From Eledone cirrhosa (Eukaryota), in contig OZ024740.1 of NCBI GenBank assembly GCA_964016885.1, positions 139,934,001 through 139,998,000 on the forward strand: a DNA stretch of 64,000 bases, written 5' to 3'. This document shows, one piece after another, positions 1 through 13,859 of the stretch. Numbering within the stretch: position 1 is the stretch's first letter; each line of letters opens with the position of its first letter. The position numbers were made by a program, and so were the translations under genes. The notes below the pieces were generated by a model. The model made no database searches and was not told the DNA's origin. It worked only from the letters and a program-made list of their open reading frames with translations.

Positions 1-239
1 AGAGAGAAAATTTAATGATGCGTACAAAATAATGTTTCTTAAAATGGCCGCCGATAGTGACGTCGTTTGTTGTTTATATTGTTGTTGTTGCCACAGCCTG
101 TACTGCAGTTAATGGACAGGGTGGTGCTTGAGGGTGTTGAGCATGAAAGGACCTTAGGGGTCTCAATAAACCCAGCAAAAATGGCTGATGCGGAAAAACA
201 TCCGAAATATTTTACGCTATCACATGTTTATATTTATCA

Positions 240-396
240 TCCCCCTCCCTCGCTCTTCTCTATCTCTCTTCCTTTCTCATTCTCTCTTCTTCTCTTTCAC
301 TCACTCTCGCTCTCACTCTGTGTATTTTTGTTTGTTTATCGTTTTTCTCACACATGATTTGCCTTTCTCTCTCTCTCCTTCTCTCTCACTCGCTCT

Positions 397-490
<94 letters not shown>

Positions 491-568
491 CTCTCACTCT
501 CTCTTCCTCTCATTCTCCACCGTATCTTTTACTCCGTGTATTTTTCTCTGGTACCATATTTCACAGTT

Positions 569-653
<85 letters not shown>

Positions 654-842
654 CACTCTCTCTCTCTCTTTCTTTCTTTCTCCCACTCTCTCTCACACTC
701 ACTCACTCTCATTCTGTCTTTTTCACACACGTAAACACTCTCTTCCTGTTCCTCCTCTCTCTCTCTCTCACTCTCTCTCTCACTCTCTCTCTCTCACTCT
801 CTCTCTCTCACTCTCTCTCTCTCACTCTCTCTCTCATTCTTT

Positions 843-929
<87 letters not shown>

Positions 930-945
930 CCTCTCCCTACACTCT
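240..945. repeat. Compound (CT)n/(TA)n microsatellite tract
   Basis: Long (CT)n runs with a (TA)n block at about 593-648; the overlapping SLSL/ERER ORFs are artefacts. Confidence 0.98.
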
Positions 946-1378
946 CAAACTTTTTCTTAATTTTTTTTCTTTGTCTGCTCCTCCTATCCTTCCATATTTC
1001 TCTTGTTTGTTTTTTTTTGTTTGTTTTTTTTGTTTTTTTTCTTCTTAGTATGGTCGTTGAACGACCCACACCCCACGCATACGCTCTCAGGATAATCTCG
1101 GTCGAGCAGACCTATAAGATTGTGGTAGGCAATGATATGAGGGAGGTTCGGCTTTTAATTTTAGCAAGGTCGAGCGCTAGTGTAAAGGCTTCCTTGTTAA
1201 ATATCCATCGCCGTTAGAACGAACGCCGTACCCGTGTTTTACAATAGATAAGCCCCTGACAGAAACCATGCCTACGGCTCCCTTTTTGCATTCTATGTTG
1301 AAACCTTTTCACTTCACTTGTACAGCTTAAACCCCCTTTGGAGTAAAACACCTCACACACAATACCCTAATTCTATTT

Positions 1379-1431
<53 letters not shown>

Positions 1432-1541
1432 TACGATACATCGGGTTTTGTGCCAATTTGAAAAACAGATTTTTGCCTTTGTTACTTGTATTGCTATTTA
1501 CATGCCTGACTTATACATTTGTAACATTATCTCAATATATA

Positions 1542-1686
1542 TACTAGTGGTTTATTTTATCAATCCAGTAAGGATGAAACGCAAAGTTAACCTCGGCGGG
1601 ATTTGAACTCAGACCGTAAAGGTGGGTAACTCTGTGCTGCAAAGCATGGCGTCCGACCCCTTACCGATACTGCTAATCCACCGCCC
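1542..1686 (-). mobile_element. tRNA-derived SINE, family A (3' truncated)
   Basis: The reverse complement has an A-box-like TAGCAGTATCGG and B-box GAGTTCAAATCCC; it matches about 15 other copies in the window. Confidence 0.9.
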
Positions 1687-1765
1687 GAGGAATAAATATG
1701 TAGAAGTGTCAATGTGTGTGTATGTATATATATATACATATATATATATATACATATATATATAC

Positions 1766-1826
<61 letters not shown>

Positions 1827-2072
1827 TATATTTAGTCCTTCATCAGTGATCTTCCAGCCTTCATTGGTATTTCATCGCTTTAAAGACCATATACCTCCGG
1901 TTGGTGCCAGCAACGGCTAAAGAAAGTCGTTGGGACACGTAAATAGGGGGAACGAGCGAGACAGTAAACAGTCAAAGATGGTAATGCAACGAAAAGTGAG
2001 GAAGAAGAGTCAAGTCCCTGAAATCGATGAACATAAATTCTGTGAAATCGTGGACGAGAGAGAATAAAGATA

Positions 2073-2672
2073 TATAAATGGAAAAGAATGAAACGAAATT
2101 TCATTTCTCACTCTTAGTACGGCTGATACCTAAATACAAGTATGTATACGTGCATACATATATGTGTACAGACGCACAGTAGTATGTATATATATACATA
2201 CATGCACACATATATATATATGTACGTATGGGTTTACCGAACATTTATTATAACGTTCTGTTTGTTTGTAAACAAACAGCCCGAATTACGCCGTACAGTG
2301 CTCGGCAACCATCGTCGCCCTTTTCTTCAACACTGACACAGGAACGATGTACTAGTTTCAAGCTTATTAGCTATCGTCAGTATCGTATACCTTTCTGTCA
2401 GATGATTGAACGTCTGAAAGTATATACTTTCCTTTTGCATATTAACGGCTGAGCAGCCTAATTTGCATATCGAGTGAGTTAGTCGGCCGGGCATATCAAA
2501 AACGATAAATGGAAAAGAATGAAACGAAATTTCATTTCTTACTCTTAGTACGGCTGATATCTAAATACAAGTATGTATACGTACATACATATATGTGTAC
2601 AGACGCACAGTAGTATGTATATACATACATACATGCACACATATATATATGTACATATGTGTTTACCGAACA
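2073..2672 (-). mobile_element. Interspersed repeat, probable non-autonomous Helitron family H2 fragment, with internal direct duplication
   Basis: 2260-2600 is the reverse complement of about 14830-15200, whose copy ends in hairpin+CTAG. 2073-2243 is repeated at 2505-2672. Confidence 0.6.
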
Positions 2673-2729
2673 ATGTGTTTGTATATATATATATATATAC
2701 ACATTGACACTTCTACATATTTATTCCAC

Positions 2730-2918
2730 GGGCGGTGGATTAGCAGTATCGGTAAGGGGTCGGACGCCATGCTTTGCAGCACAGAGTTACCCACCTTTAC
2801 GGTCTGAGTTCAAATCCCGCCGAGGTTAACTTTGCGTTTCATCCTTACGGGGTTGATAAAATAAAGTACTAGTAATGTACTGGGATAATTGCTGGCCTTC
2901 TGCTAAAAGTTAAAGCAA
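2730..2918 (+). mobile_element. tRNA-derived SINE, family A
   Basis: A/B boxes, conserved GAGGTTAACTTTGC core and AAAATAAAGTAC tail. Confidence 0.9.
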
Positions 2919-2925
2919 TTATATA

Positions 2926-3179
2926 CAGGATGGGGCATAAAAACTGTTACAAAATAAAATAAAAATAGTTCTTGAAAAAAACATTTATTTCAAGATCTGA
3001 CTTCAACAAATAGTAAGTAATATACTATTAAACAACTGCACACAAATTTATTCGAAATACTTAATAGTTAATATGATTATAGTGCATGGATTTGATACAA
3101 ATATATTAGTTATATTAGCAACATAATGTATTTTTAAAATTGATTTAAAACTTTGTAACAGGAATTATGCCCCACCCTG
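2926..3179. mobile_element. Tc1/mariner-type MITE
   Basis: TIRs CAGGATGGGGCATAAAAACTGTTACAAA and TTTGTAACAGGAATTATGCCCCACCCTG, flanked by TA on both sides. Confidence 0.85.
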
Positions 3180-3547
3180 TATATATATATGCCAGTGACA
3201 CACACGCGCGCGCGCACAAACACACACGCACGCGCGTATACTTATTTATCTATCTATTGACTTTTCCTCAATGAAACATTCTCATTCATCGATATATATA
3301 TAACTGATATGAAATAAAATGATAATCCATATCTAGAAGTTGGCGGGAATTATTTCTCACATCTAAACAAGGAAACATATGAAAAAGTTCTCATCTTTCA
3401 ATGACTGACATTTTCAACACCTCTGATCAACGTTCGGGCTATTTTGACGTAGCTTTTTTTTAATCTCACTTCTGCCCTGATCTAGATGAATTATGATCAA
3501 CAACGTTCCTGTCCTATTTTACTGTCATAGTATATCTAGCGTGAGGA

Positions 3548-6483
3548 ATGCTCGTAATTTAGTGGTTAGGGTGTTAAGCTCACGATCAAGTTCGGCGCAT
3601 TGTATCCCTCTATAATGTATTTCATTTGCCCATTCCAAGCGTGCCCAGGGAAGCCACACACCCCACCCTCATGTACCCCCTATCCTCCACTCTTGAGGCC
3701 AGCGCCAAGCGTTTGTGTGACCAGGTAAACGCCAAGCTTATCATGGGTGATTTCTCGGCTGCAGTCAGAGTTATTGCCTCAGAGGACACTGTCCTCCGAC
3801 CCACCGACGAGGTCCTGGCTGCTCTGCGACTCAAACCCTCTGAGCCACCCACTGATCACAGACCCATACTCCCACCCGACCTCCACTTGCTCCTTGTGGC
3901 TTCTGATTCAGACATCATGTCCGCCATCAGGTCCTTCCCAGCTAGCAACAGCGGAGGTGTTGATGGTCTCCGACACGGCCACCTCAAGGAGTTGATATCC
4001 CCCCTCTCCGCTGAAGCCGGGCTCCGCCTTCTGAGTGCAATTGTGGAGCTCACCAATAGGCTCATCCATGGCGCCCTGGACCCTTACGCCCGAGGCCTCT
4101 TTTTTTCGACCAGCCTCACGACTCTCAGGAAAAAAGAGGGTGGCATACGCCCCATTGCTGTGGGCAATGTCTTCCGGAGGCTGGCTGCCAAGGTGATCTG
4201 CAAGTCTGTAACACACGAACTGGGTGAGGAGTTGAGTCCGGTGCAACTGGGTGTCGGCGTGGCCGGTGCTTGTGAGGGGGCCGCTCATGCAACCAGGAAG
4301 TTCTTCAACAGCTGCCTATCGGAACCGGCATACAGGGACTCCAGGCACCTCAAGCTTGATATGAGGAATGCCTTCAACTCTTTACGCCGGGATCATCTGC
4401 TCGAGGCCTGCCTCAGTCGAGCCCCCTCTGACTACCCGTTGGCCTACCTGTCGTATGGAGCCCCGAGCATGCTCCTTGCTGCTGATACGGTCATAACCTC
4501 GGCTACTGGGGTCCAAAAGGGCGACCCTTTGGGACCCCTCCTGTTCACCCTTGGTATTGAGCACATCGCCCGGAGTATCACTGCCGCTCTCAACGTTTGG
4601 TATCTGGGTGATGCTACGTTGGGCGGGCCCGTACGGACTGTCTGCCATGACCTTCAATCGGTGGTTCCTGCCCTTGCGGGAATCGGCCTCCAGGTCAACT
4701 CAGCCAAGTCGGAGGTGAATGTCAGCTATGATGCTAAGAGCTTTGCAGCCTCCGTCTTGGACGTGCGGTCCATTCTCCACTAGGTTCAGGTGACCCCCAA
4801 AGAGGATGTCCTCATCCTCGGGTGACCGATCCACCCGCCGGCCATCCCCTCCACCATCAGGTCCAGGCTTCAACAACTCCAGACTCTCACGAGCCGACTG
4901 GGGTTGACTGACGGCCACCCAGCTCTCTTTCTGCTGAGGAACTGCTTCGCCATGCCTAAGCCTCTCTATACTCTTCGCAGCGTTCCGTGCTACACCCAGA
5001 CATCTCTCCTCGCTGACCTCGATACTTGTATCCAAGCAGCAGCCGAGGAGATATGCAACGTCAAGTTTGACGACATAGGGTAGCAACAGGCCACTTTACC
5101 TGTCAGGTATGGCGGCCTTGGCCTCCGGTCCCCGACTTCACTAGCTTTGCCGGCGTATCTTTCGTCGGTAACCACGTGCCGCGTCCTCGTCAGCAGCGTT
5201 TTTCAAAACACAATAGAACCCTCTGTGTTCGGAGAACGTGAGGTCGCCTGTGAGGTTGGACTGGCTGAGACTTAGCCCAGTAGACGTCCCGCCTCCTTCT
5301 CCCCCGTTGACGTCAAGTCCCCCCAACGCACCTGAGATGCCATCCAGTGCAGCCTGGCCTCAGACAAGCTCGCGCGCCAGCTCGACCAGCACCGCCTTGC
5401 TTGTTTCGTGCGGCCAAACCCCACAGTGGTGCCTGTCCCCATGCCCTGTCCTCCTTCTCCACTGGCACGCAGCTAGACAACCATAGCCTGCGAATCGGCG
5501 TTTCCCTGAGGCTCGGCCTCCGGATCTGCCAGCCACACCAATGTCGCTGCGGTTCCACCGTGGACTCTTGCGGCCTCCACCCACTTTCCTGTCGCCACAT
5601 TGCCGGCCGCATTCCACGCAATGCTGCCCTCAACGAGGTCATTAAGCATGGCTTGGACACTGCAGGCTTTCCTTCCCAGCTCGAGCCGGTGGGACTGGAT
5701 CGAGGGGACGGTAAAGGGCCAGATGACATGACCCTCTTCCCGTTCCGCGGTGGCAAACCCCTCGTCTGGGATGCCACTTGCACCGACACTTTCTGCAGCC
5801 GCAACCTGGTGCAGTCTGCGACTAACCCAGGTTCTGCTGCACGTCGGGCTGAGGGGGCCAAACTCCTCAAATACCGGTCGCTCTTCGACAGGTTTGCGGT
5901 CGTACCCTTGGTAGTGGAGACTTCTGGTGTCCTCGGTCCCAGGGCTACCTCCTTACTCACCGCCATAGGCGCTGAGCTAGCCAGCCGCAGGTGTGAGTCC
6001 CGCGAGTTGGAGTGGCTTTTCCAGCGCGTCTCCCTTGCCGTCTTCCGGGGAAACGCCTTCTCCATTCTGTCCGCTGGGGCTGTGGGTGGGCCCCATCGCG
6101 TATCATTTTTGTAAATATTTCAACAATCTATTCAACTATGTCTGTCTTTCTCTAACTTTACGTATCTACCAGTCTACACGTATCTACCAGTCTACACGTA
6201 TCTACCAGTCTACACGTATCAACTATCTAAATATTCCCTCTTTTACTCTCTTATTTTCTAAATGTATTTCATATTGCTACACTCCACTCAGCTACAAAAA
6301 TAAGTTGTAGTTCACATTTGAAGGGTCAACCTTGTCACAAATTGTATCACGCTGAATCACCAAGAAAACTAGGTTAAGGATAGACGTTTGTGGGGAATGC
6401 ATATACGTTAATTTAACAAGCAGGTGGTTCCATATATCAAACAACTGGAATACTCGTCGTCGGAACTGACAGAGATCCAACAA
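3548..6483 (+). mobile_element. tRNA-derived SINE family B, split by the CRE insertion (5' part about 3548-3625, 3' part about 6261-6483)
   Basis: The TAGTGGTTAGGGTGTT head lies left of the insertion; the body TATTTCATATTGCT...CCACTCAGCT... resumes to its right. Homologous to 46545-46850. Confidence 0.7.
3626..6260 (+). mobile_element. 5'-truncated CRE-clade non-LTR retrotransposon (RT + CCHC + restriction-like endonuclease), degenerate
   Basis: RT motifs IRPIAVG, DMRNAFN, GVQKGDPLGPLLF and YLGD (catalytic YLDD altered). C-terminal CRCG..D..G.H..SC knuckle and R(H)N..N / PD..D..E RLE motifs at 5347-6114. Several stops and frameshifts. 12-bp TSD AATGTATTTCAT at 3614-3625 and 6261-6272. Three 18-bp tandem repeats in the 3' UTR (6161-6220). 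Confidence 0.9.
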
Positions 6484-6646
6484 CATATATACATACATAT
6501 CTAGGATTACATTATTTAAAATCTCCTCTATTGCAGGTGGTGAGTTTTGTGGGAAATTTGACTGTTACTAGTAATTCGGGCGATCACTTAGAAGCTGCTT
6601 TCTTTCACTCGAGATATTGTACTATATTTCTAAATCAGAAGCTATT

Positions 6647-6830
6647 TGGATTGGCAGTATCGGTAGAGGGTCTGACGCCATGCTTTGCAGCAATGGGTTA
6701 CGGCCCTTTATGGTCTGAGTTCAAATCCCGCCGAGGTTAACTTTGCCTTTCATCCTTACGGGGTCAATAAAGTACTAGTAATATACTGGGATAATTGCTG
6801 GCCTTGTGCCAAAAATAGAAACAATTATTA
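6647..6830 (+). mobile_element. SINE family A
   Basis: Near-full match to the family A consensus. Confidence 0.9.
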
Positions 6831-7044
6831 TTGAATTATCAAGGTTTGCTTTGCCAGTAAGGGTGAAAGACAAAGCTAACATCGGCACTATTTGAACTCA
6901 GAACATAAAGGGCCATGATTATATGTCGGACAACATGCTTTGCAGCATATAGTTATAACAATATAGACAAGACTTTTCATTGTTTTTTGTAGGTAAGTTT
7001 ATATTATTGTTATTTCTTCCGACGACGAACGTTCCAATTGTTTG

Positions 7045-7268
7045 ACCAATAGAATAGCCAGCTCGGGAAATTATCATGTAAGATGTTGAGTATTTCATAA
7101 ACATGCGCACCTATAACACTGTTCTCAGCGTGACATAGATGCAACTTGTTTATTCGAACTTAGTGATTTGGAACAGCGTAAAATAAAGTGTCCAATGCAC
7201 CGCCAGAAATCGACCTTATGGCCTTCCAATTGGGTGCTGAACACCTTAACCACTAATCCACATGCCTT
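7045..7268 (-). mobile_element. SINE family B (degenerate)
   Basis: Similar to 52683-52968; tRNA-like head ...ACCTTAACCACTAATCCAC. Confidence 0.6.
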
Positions 7269-7477
7269 CAATTAATATTTCATATTAGGCTAATTCATAG
7301 CTGGTAGAGCGACAACGTAAGGAAGCTCCCTTGTTGTTCCGTGTGGTGTGGAGGTTTGGTGTATGGAAATAATAGTGGTGGAGGTTCGGAGAAGAAAACG
7401 TTTAACCGTATTTCATGCTGCTACTGCCAACAACGCAAGAATTGTCGGGTTTTAACGATGATTAATTGATGCCGGCA

Positions 7478-7546
<69 letters not shown>

Positions 7547-8780
7547 TCTCACACACTCTCTCTCACTTTCTCACTTTCTCTCTCCCCGTCTCTCTCTCTC
7601 TATATCTGTCTATCTCTTCAGATATGTATTTAGGACTTGGCCTGAGATTTACGAAATAATGATGCATTAGTTATGGGAAATGAGTGATGTGAAATTGGCC
7701 TTTTTGATGGCCTCTTTTGGTCTATGCTACAACATATCTCCTGTCTCTTTTAAACCTTCTGAGACGAAACTGCCTGAAACCGCTTCTGATCTTATGATGC
7801 AAACCTGTTCGTTGTAATTGTTTATATCTAAATTTAGAACTTCCATTATAGTTTAATGTAAGATAATTTTCTTTGAAACACAAGCTAATAATGAGAAAGT
7901 GAGTTATCTTACTAAATCTCTCCAAAGTTTTGCTTATTTTCAAGATTAATTAAAAGTCATAAGCAATGCTTTTTTTCATTAGAAATATGGGAACGAAGGG
8001 AGTAAAGAGTTTATATTTATCTAAAAACATTCCAACATAATTTTATATAAGAACCTTTAAGTTGTGTTTCAAACACTAGCTTATAATAGCGAGAAAGGTA
8101 GTTATATTATTAAATCCCTCCAAATTCTTGACTTCTTACAAAATTAATTGAAAATCATAGGCAGTGCCTTCCATTAGAAATACTGTAACGAAAGTGTTAA
8201 ACCACACCCTAGCATCCTAGCATCTTGGAAAAAAGAGGATAGTTACAACTGGAACGCCTTTGATCAGACATCTGCTCAATCAAAGCAGAAATGGAGTAAA
8301 CAATAACAACAACGATCACTCCTACCACCACATACAACACTACCACTCCTAACACCACTTCCGCCAACACTCTCTCATCTTCCTCTCTACATTTATTATT
8401 AGATATTCTTAATGTACGGCTAGGGAATTTTAATGTCCCATTCATTGCGTTATCAGCTCGACCATGAAGAACCCGATGACGACGGTGATGACAATAACAA
8501 TAACAGTGGTGGTGGTGGTGGTGGTTGTCACGATAATGATAATGGTGAAGGTGATGATGATAGTGGCGATGATGTTGATGGTAAAGGTAATGGGAGTGGC
8601 GATGTTTTGAATATGGTGCCCGGTTTCTCAGTCTACTACACCACTACACTACCTAACTCACCACATTGATCCTTTTCTTAAAAAGGCGGTTGAATATTGT
8701 CATCTCTAATTTTGAGAGCAAAATGGACGTCTCTCATCTTTCTTGTGAACAAAAAGAGAAATAGTGTATGTGTGTGTAGG

Positions 8781-8825
<45 letters not shown>

Positions 8826-9284
8826 ACAATGTGGGTAATGGGGATTGCACCTTAGTGTATATAAATATACACATATTTATAGGTAAGCACGTAAACATGT
8901 CAGAAAATACGAAATTTCCCTATAAATTGAAAAAAAAAATGATAAACACCTATAATCGATTTTCGGACCTAATTGGGTCCTCATGAGAAGGTGTGTATAT
9001 CATCCAAACAATAGCAAGGAAACATGTATTTCATGGGCTTATATACCCATTCGCTCGTAGTATTATTTTCAAAATGGGCGTACTAATTTGCATATATTTA
9101 GTGTTTGTGTTAAGTTATATATTAAGAGATGCACTAGCAACTGAAGTGTACGATATAAACACATACACACACAGAGAGACAGATGTGCGTGTGTGTGTGT
9201 ACATCCGTATAGATGTGAGAAGGGAGACAGATAATGTGTCTGCGCGTGCGCATGCGCGGGCTTTTTGCGCGTATCTGTGTGTGT

Positions 9285-9330
<46 letters not shown>

Positions 9331-9556
9331 GCGCGTGTGTGTGCGCGCGCGCGTGTGTGTGTGCGTGTGTGCGTGCATGTAAGTTTGTGGACGTGTGTTC
9401 GATAGGACTGAATGGATGGATGGATCACACTATAAGATGCCACCCGTACAGACGCATATATTTACTCAAGAGTGGGTCTTAAAATGAAACAATACACAAA
9501 TACATGTGGATAAATAACTAACAACTACATAAATAAATAAATAAATAAATAAATAA

Positions 9557-9702
9557 GGGATCCAGCCGGATCAGTTGGAGACGGTTGCTTCTGACAGGAT
9601 CCGCTGGAAGGAGTGTTTGAGGACTCTGCCCCTCCTCTCAGGAATAAGTGGACGAGAAGAAGAAGAAGAAGAAGAAGAAGAAGAAGAAGAAGAAGAAGAA
9701 GA
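9557..9702 (+). mobile_element. 3' end of an RTE-like LINE with (GAA)n tail
   Basis: Encodes QLETVASDRIRWKE (RTE C-terminal A.DR..W motif) followed by (GAA)n; inserted in an (AAAT)n tract. Confidence 0.6.
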
Positions 9703-10156
9703 AATAAATAGATAAATAGATAAATAAATAAACATAGACTGTGGTGAGAACATTCCAGATATGGCAGTTCTAATGAGTCAGATCAGACACCCCAACTGTA
9801 ATGTTATAACGGGTAGCATGTGTGGATGTCGTTGTGTGGTGGGGTGGAGTGGCTTAGGTTTGACTTAAAGATAGGGTGTGGGGATCGTGTTGTATGGATT
9901 GGCTTTGAGACTGTTACATTATTTGGTTGTTTGTTATTGAGCGGCAAAGCGTCGAATTGGCAGTCATTAAGAACGTCGGATAGAATGCTTGTGGTATTTG
10001 TTCGGGCTCTCTGAGTTCAAATCCCTCTAAACAATTACTACTTCATGGCATTTCTGATAATGAGAGAGGGGGAGTTGTCTCTGGAACACTGGTGGAAAAG
10101 ACACCACATGCTTATTTTTATTTTTATTTTTTTTTGTTCAATACACAGATTTCCTG

Positions 10157-10216
<60 letters not shown>

Positions 10217-10220
<4 letters not shown>

Positions 10221-10409
10221 CCTGCCAACCTCTAAAAGCCCAAACGGGGAGTACCATAAAAAAGTGCCTCAAAGCGGCGAGAAATGAGGCAAAATGGGGA
10301 GATTTTACATAATGAAAGCCATACCCATTTTCACAAGAGAATACATCTCTCATCCACTCCAAAGTGGATGGGAGATCTCCTCGTCCGTCGGGGAGAGTTG
10401 ACAGATCTG
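10217..10409. mobile_element. MITE (TIR CAGACCTGCCAAC...GTTGACAGATCTG)
   Basis: Imperfect 13-17 bp TIRs; second copy at 12952-13136. Confidence 0.7.
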
Positions 10410-11509
10410 CCATGTACCAAATTTCCCTCACACAGCGTTAGGTACACAAAGCTATATATATACTACAGGACGTTTGCCAATGTGTCGTGCAATAGGATCT
10501 AAACCAAATCCAGGAGAATTTTCAACTAACTTCTGAACTTCGCAGTTATTTCTGACCTCGATATATTCTTTTTGTTTACAATACTTCCGAATCTGTCATA
10601 CATCCGCCAGAGACAATAACACATAGTAAAAGATATGACCCAGAGAAAACTCAATCATCTCTTCTCGCTTTCTGTTTGCTTACCCGGCTGACTACTGGAT
10701 AATATTTGTTTGCGTTTAAATATCGCTGATAGGAAGCGGGGAGGAGGACATTACTTTTTATCGTTCCGAAATCAATGAAACAAGTACCAATTTTGTATTG
10801 TTGTAATAGTCAATTGACTATAACAAACACTTAGCTCGACATAAGTGAACTCGTGCCAATATGTAAGAGATCATTATATGTATAGATCTGACCAAGAAAA
10901 CAATATTTCTATTGATCTTTCTATTGCTGATACTATGTACCAATCGCAATTCTTGGCATGAGGAGACGGAATTCGAACTCTGAATGTATAAAGGCGGATT
11001 AGGTATCGACATGTAAATAATTCAACCGATCCACGTACATAAATGAATTGGAGACCACAAAGCCACTTGTCCAACTCTTAAATCTACCGCTCCAATGTAT
11101 AAAATTTCCTCTATGAAAATGTTTCAAAAACAGAAAAGTGAACCACTTGAGTGGCGACGAAGAAATATCTATGTATAAGCATCAAATTATTTTACAAAAT
11201 CTACTATATCAATCAAGTTTTGTTTTCCATCCTGTTTGTAAATTTGCGTGCGCTTGTGTGCATGCGGGCGTCTATGTATTGAAATATTTTATGGTGATGG
11301 CTCAATTCACTAGAACCAGTAAAACTATGCAGATATACAGGCTGTACACACGTATTTCATATATTCCTCTGTGTTTGTGTGTGAGTCAGAAAGAGCCTTT
11401 CTTTAAACATATTATATGTGTGTGTGTATATATGCATAGGTATGTATATATATATATATATATATATAATCTATGAATATACGTATATTATACAATATAT
11501 ATATGTATG

Positions 11510-11556
<47 letters not shown>

Positions 11557-12339
11557 GCACACACGTGTATGTATATTATGTGTTTGAAACATTCTTTTAA
11601 AAAGTAAAGTAAACCTATTGTTGTTATATATTTAGTTATCTTAAAAGCTTTTGCCACATTTATTTTTGTTTAACCTTCTGTTGTTTGTTAAATATATATA
11701 TTTTGCCATGCTATCTGTACTTCTCCACATTAGATTGTCTATCAACACGATCAAAACTGCCAACCGATTCCCCTCCTCAAATCATCGACCTACTGCCCGA
11801 ATACCCAATTTCGCCCACGCCTGAACACATAGATACATACATATATAGATGCATACATATATACATACATTATACACACACACACATACACACCTTTAGA
11901 AACCATTTCTATATTAAATTTGTTGTATACACTCTACTAATGTATTGAGTACCTTACTTAGGTTACTTCCGATTGAAGCCGGGACTCACACGCACGCACG
12001 CACACACACATGTATATATATATATAATTGTTTCTAATTTAAGCACCATGCAAACCACTTGGGGGAGGGTTTAGTTGATTAATTCAACCCCAGTACTTGA
12101 CTGGTATTTTATTTTATCGACACAGTAAAGATGACAGAGAAAGTTGATTTTGGTGGGATTTGAATTGAATACGTAAAGATATTGTAATGACATACGATAA
12201 TGTATTTTGTTTGTCATAACTACCAATTCTGCTAATCCTATAATACATCTTTAACGTAATGAGCGTATTGAGTAGTAACTATTTCCCTGAAACAATTGAA
12301 GTAGCAGAGCCATTAGAACGTCGGATAGAGGACGGCAAG

Positions 12340-12905
12340 CAAGCACCGAAGTTTTTCCGGTCGCTTCCTCTTTGGACCGGTCGCCATCAAGATCTCAGGC
12401 GTCCTCAGACTCCGAACAGCTGACCTTCTCCGTAAAATCGAGTCGATAGCAGCCCGTCTGGTGGTGTGGCTCTTGCAGCGTGTGTCGCTGGTCATAATCC
12501 GTGGAAATGCCTTTGACATTATGTCCACCAAGTGTTGGTACCTGGCTATTTAGCACCCTGGGCCATCACTGCAATTTACGCCCTATCTTCCCAAATAAAA
12601 ATAATTTCAACTCACAGCTTGGTAAACATATAAACCTGATTTTTGATACTTCTTGCTCTGACCATACTAAAAGAATTACTAATTTTGCATTTTCCACTAC
12701 ACAGTCCAAACCCTCCACTTTTAGTAGTTCCACAACACTGCTACTCGGCAAAGATGTTGACTGATTTATATATCGGGCGAAGGAAATTAATATATATTTA
12801 ATTTGTATGAATCTATAAATCAGTAATGTCCCGTAACGCGTTTCTCAGAGCTCTGCACGCTTGGCGACTGCCAAGTTGACCCAAAGTAGGCGCCGGCCCT
12901 GTTAA
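12340..12905 (+). mobile_element. Old CRE-like 3' fragment (RLE C-terminus + 3' UTR)
   Basis: Encodes WLLQRVSLVIIRGNAFDIMS, homologous to WLFQRVSLAVFRGNAFSILS at 6010-6070. The downstream 12585-12905 recurs at 24430-24780. Confidence 0.65.
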
Positions 12906-12951
12906 CTACAGCGCATTAGGCTAGAGGTACACATATACCAACAACACATTG

Positions 12952-13136
12952 CAGACCTGCCAACCTCTAAAATCCCAAACTGGGAGTACCATGAATAAAG
13001 TGTCCCAAAACGAGGACAAATGAAGCAAAATGGGGTGATTTTACATAATAAAAGATATACCCATTTTCACAAGAGACGGCAAATCTCAGCTAAGTGAGTG
13101 GGAGATCTCGTCGGATGAGGAGAATTGACAGGTGTG
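12952..13136. mobile_element. MITE, second copy of the 10217-10409 family
   Basis: Same CAGACCTGCCAAC start and homologous internal sequence. Confidence 0.7.
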
Positions 13137-13298
13137 ACACCATCACCACTTTCCCTATCTGGCTAGTCATAACTTTACCTTATCTCCTCCCGTTAAAACA
13201 CCTACACGCACAGACACGTAAGAGTAAGGTGTTTACCTGAAATACGATCATGTGCTTCGCCCAATCCAATATTTAATCAAGCCAATCAACGTTTGCGT

Positions 13299-13334
<36 letters not shown>

Positions 13335-13859
13335 AAATGAATAATAAAGAGGAAAGATGTACATATATTGTATTTTCAAAACAATCTATAATGACTGCGC
13401 AAATTACTGTTTTCATTCATTTGAAAATGAAACAAATGTTAGTTCTAACTTGACTGCTTACACAAAGTTGACAATGATCTCTCAGATAATCCTACAAACG
13501 GAAACATGAAACTCTATATCCTCCGCTATTTGTACGCTAAGTAACGGATCTATGTATTCGTAGCTAAGCACACACATATACACACTCACACATACACACA
13601 CCGAGATGTAATTTCATACATTAAATACATACATACATACATACATACATACCTACCTACCTACCTACCTACCTACCTACCTACCTACATACATACATAC
13701 ATACATACATACATACATACATACATACATACATACATGCGGTTAGTATTAATTAATGATAGCATTAACACAGTGTGGTTCAGAATAAATGAGTGTGTGG
13801 AACCATATACAATATATGTTTACATGAAATTTCATGTAAACAATTCGAAGACGCATCGA

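Noticed and set aside
188-1069. Long SLSL/YIYI/ERER ORFs, and similar CVCV/HTHT ORFs throughout
   Set aside because: Translations of dinucleotide microsatellites.
1825-1852. CTGATGA on the minus strand as a hammerhead
   Set aside because: No stem II or GAAA can be completed before the (TA)n tract; at most a truncated relic.
2730-2825. tRNA gene
   Set aside because: A/B boxes are present, but this is the head of a multi-copy SINE with a non-tRNA body and TSDs in other copies.
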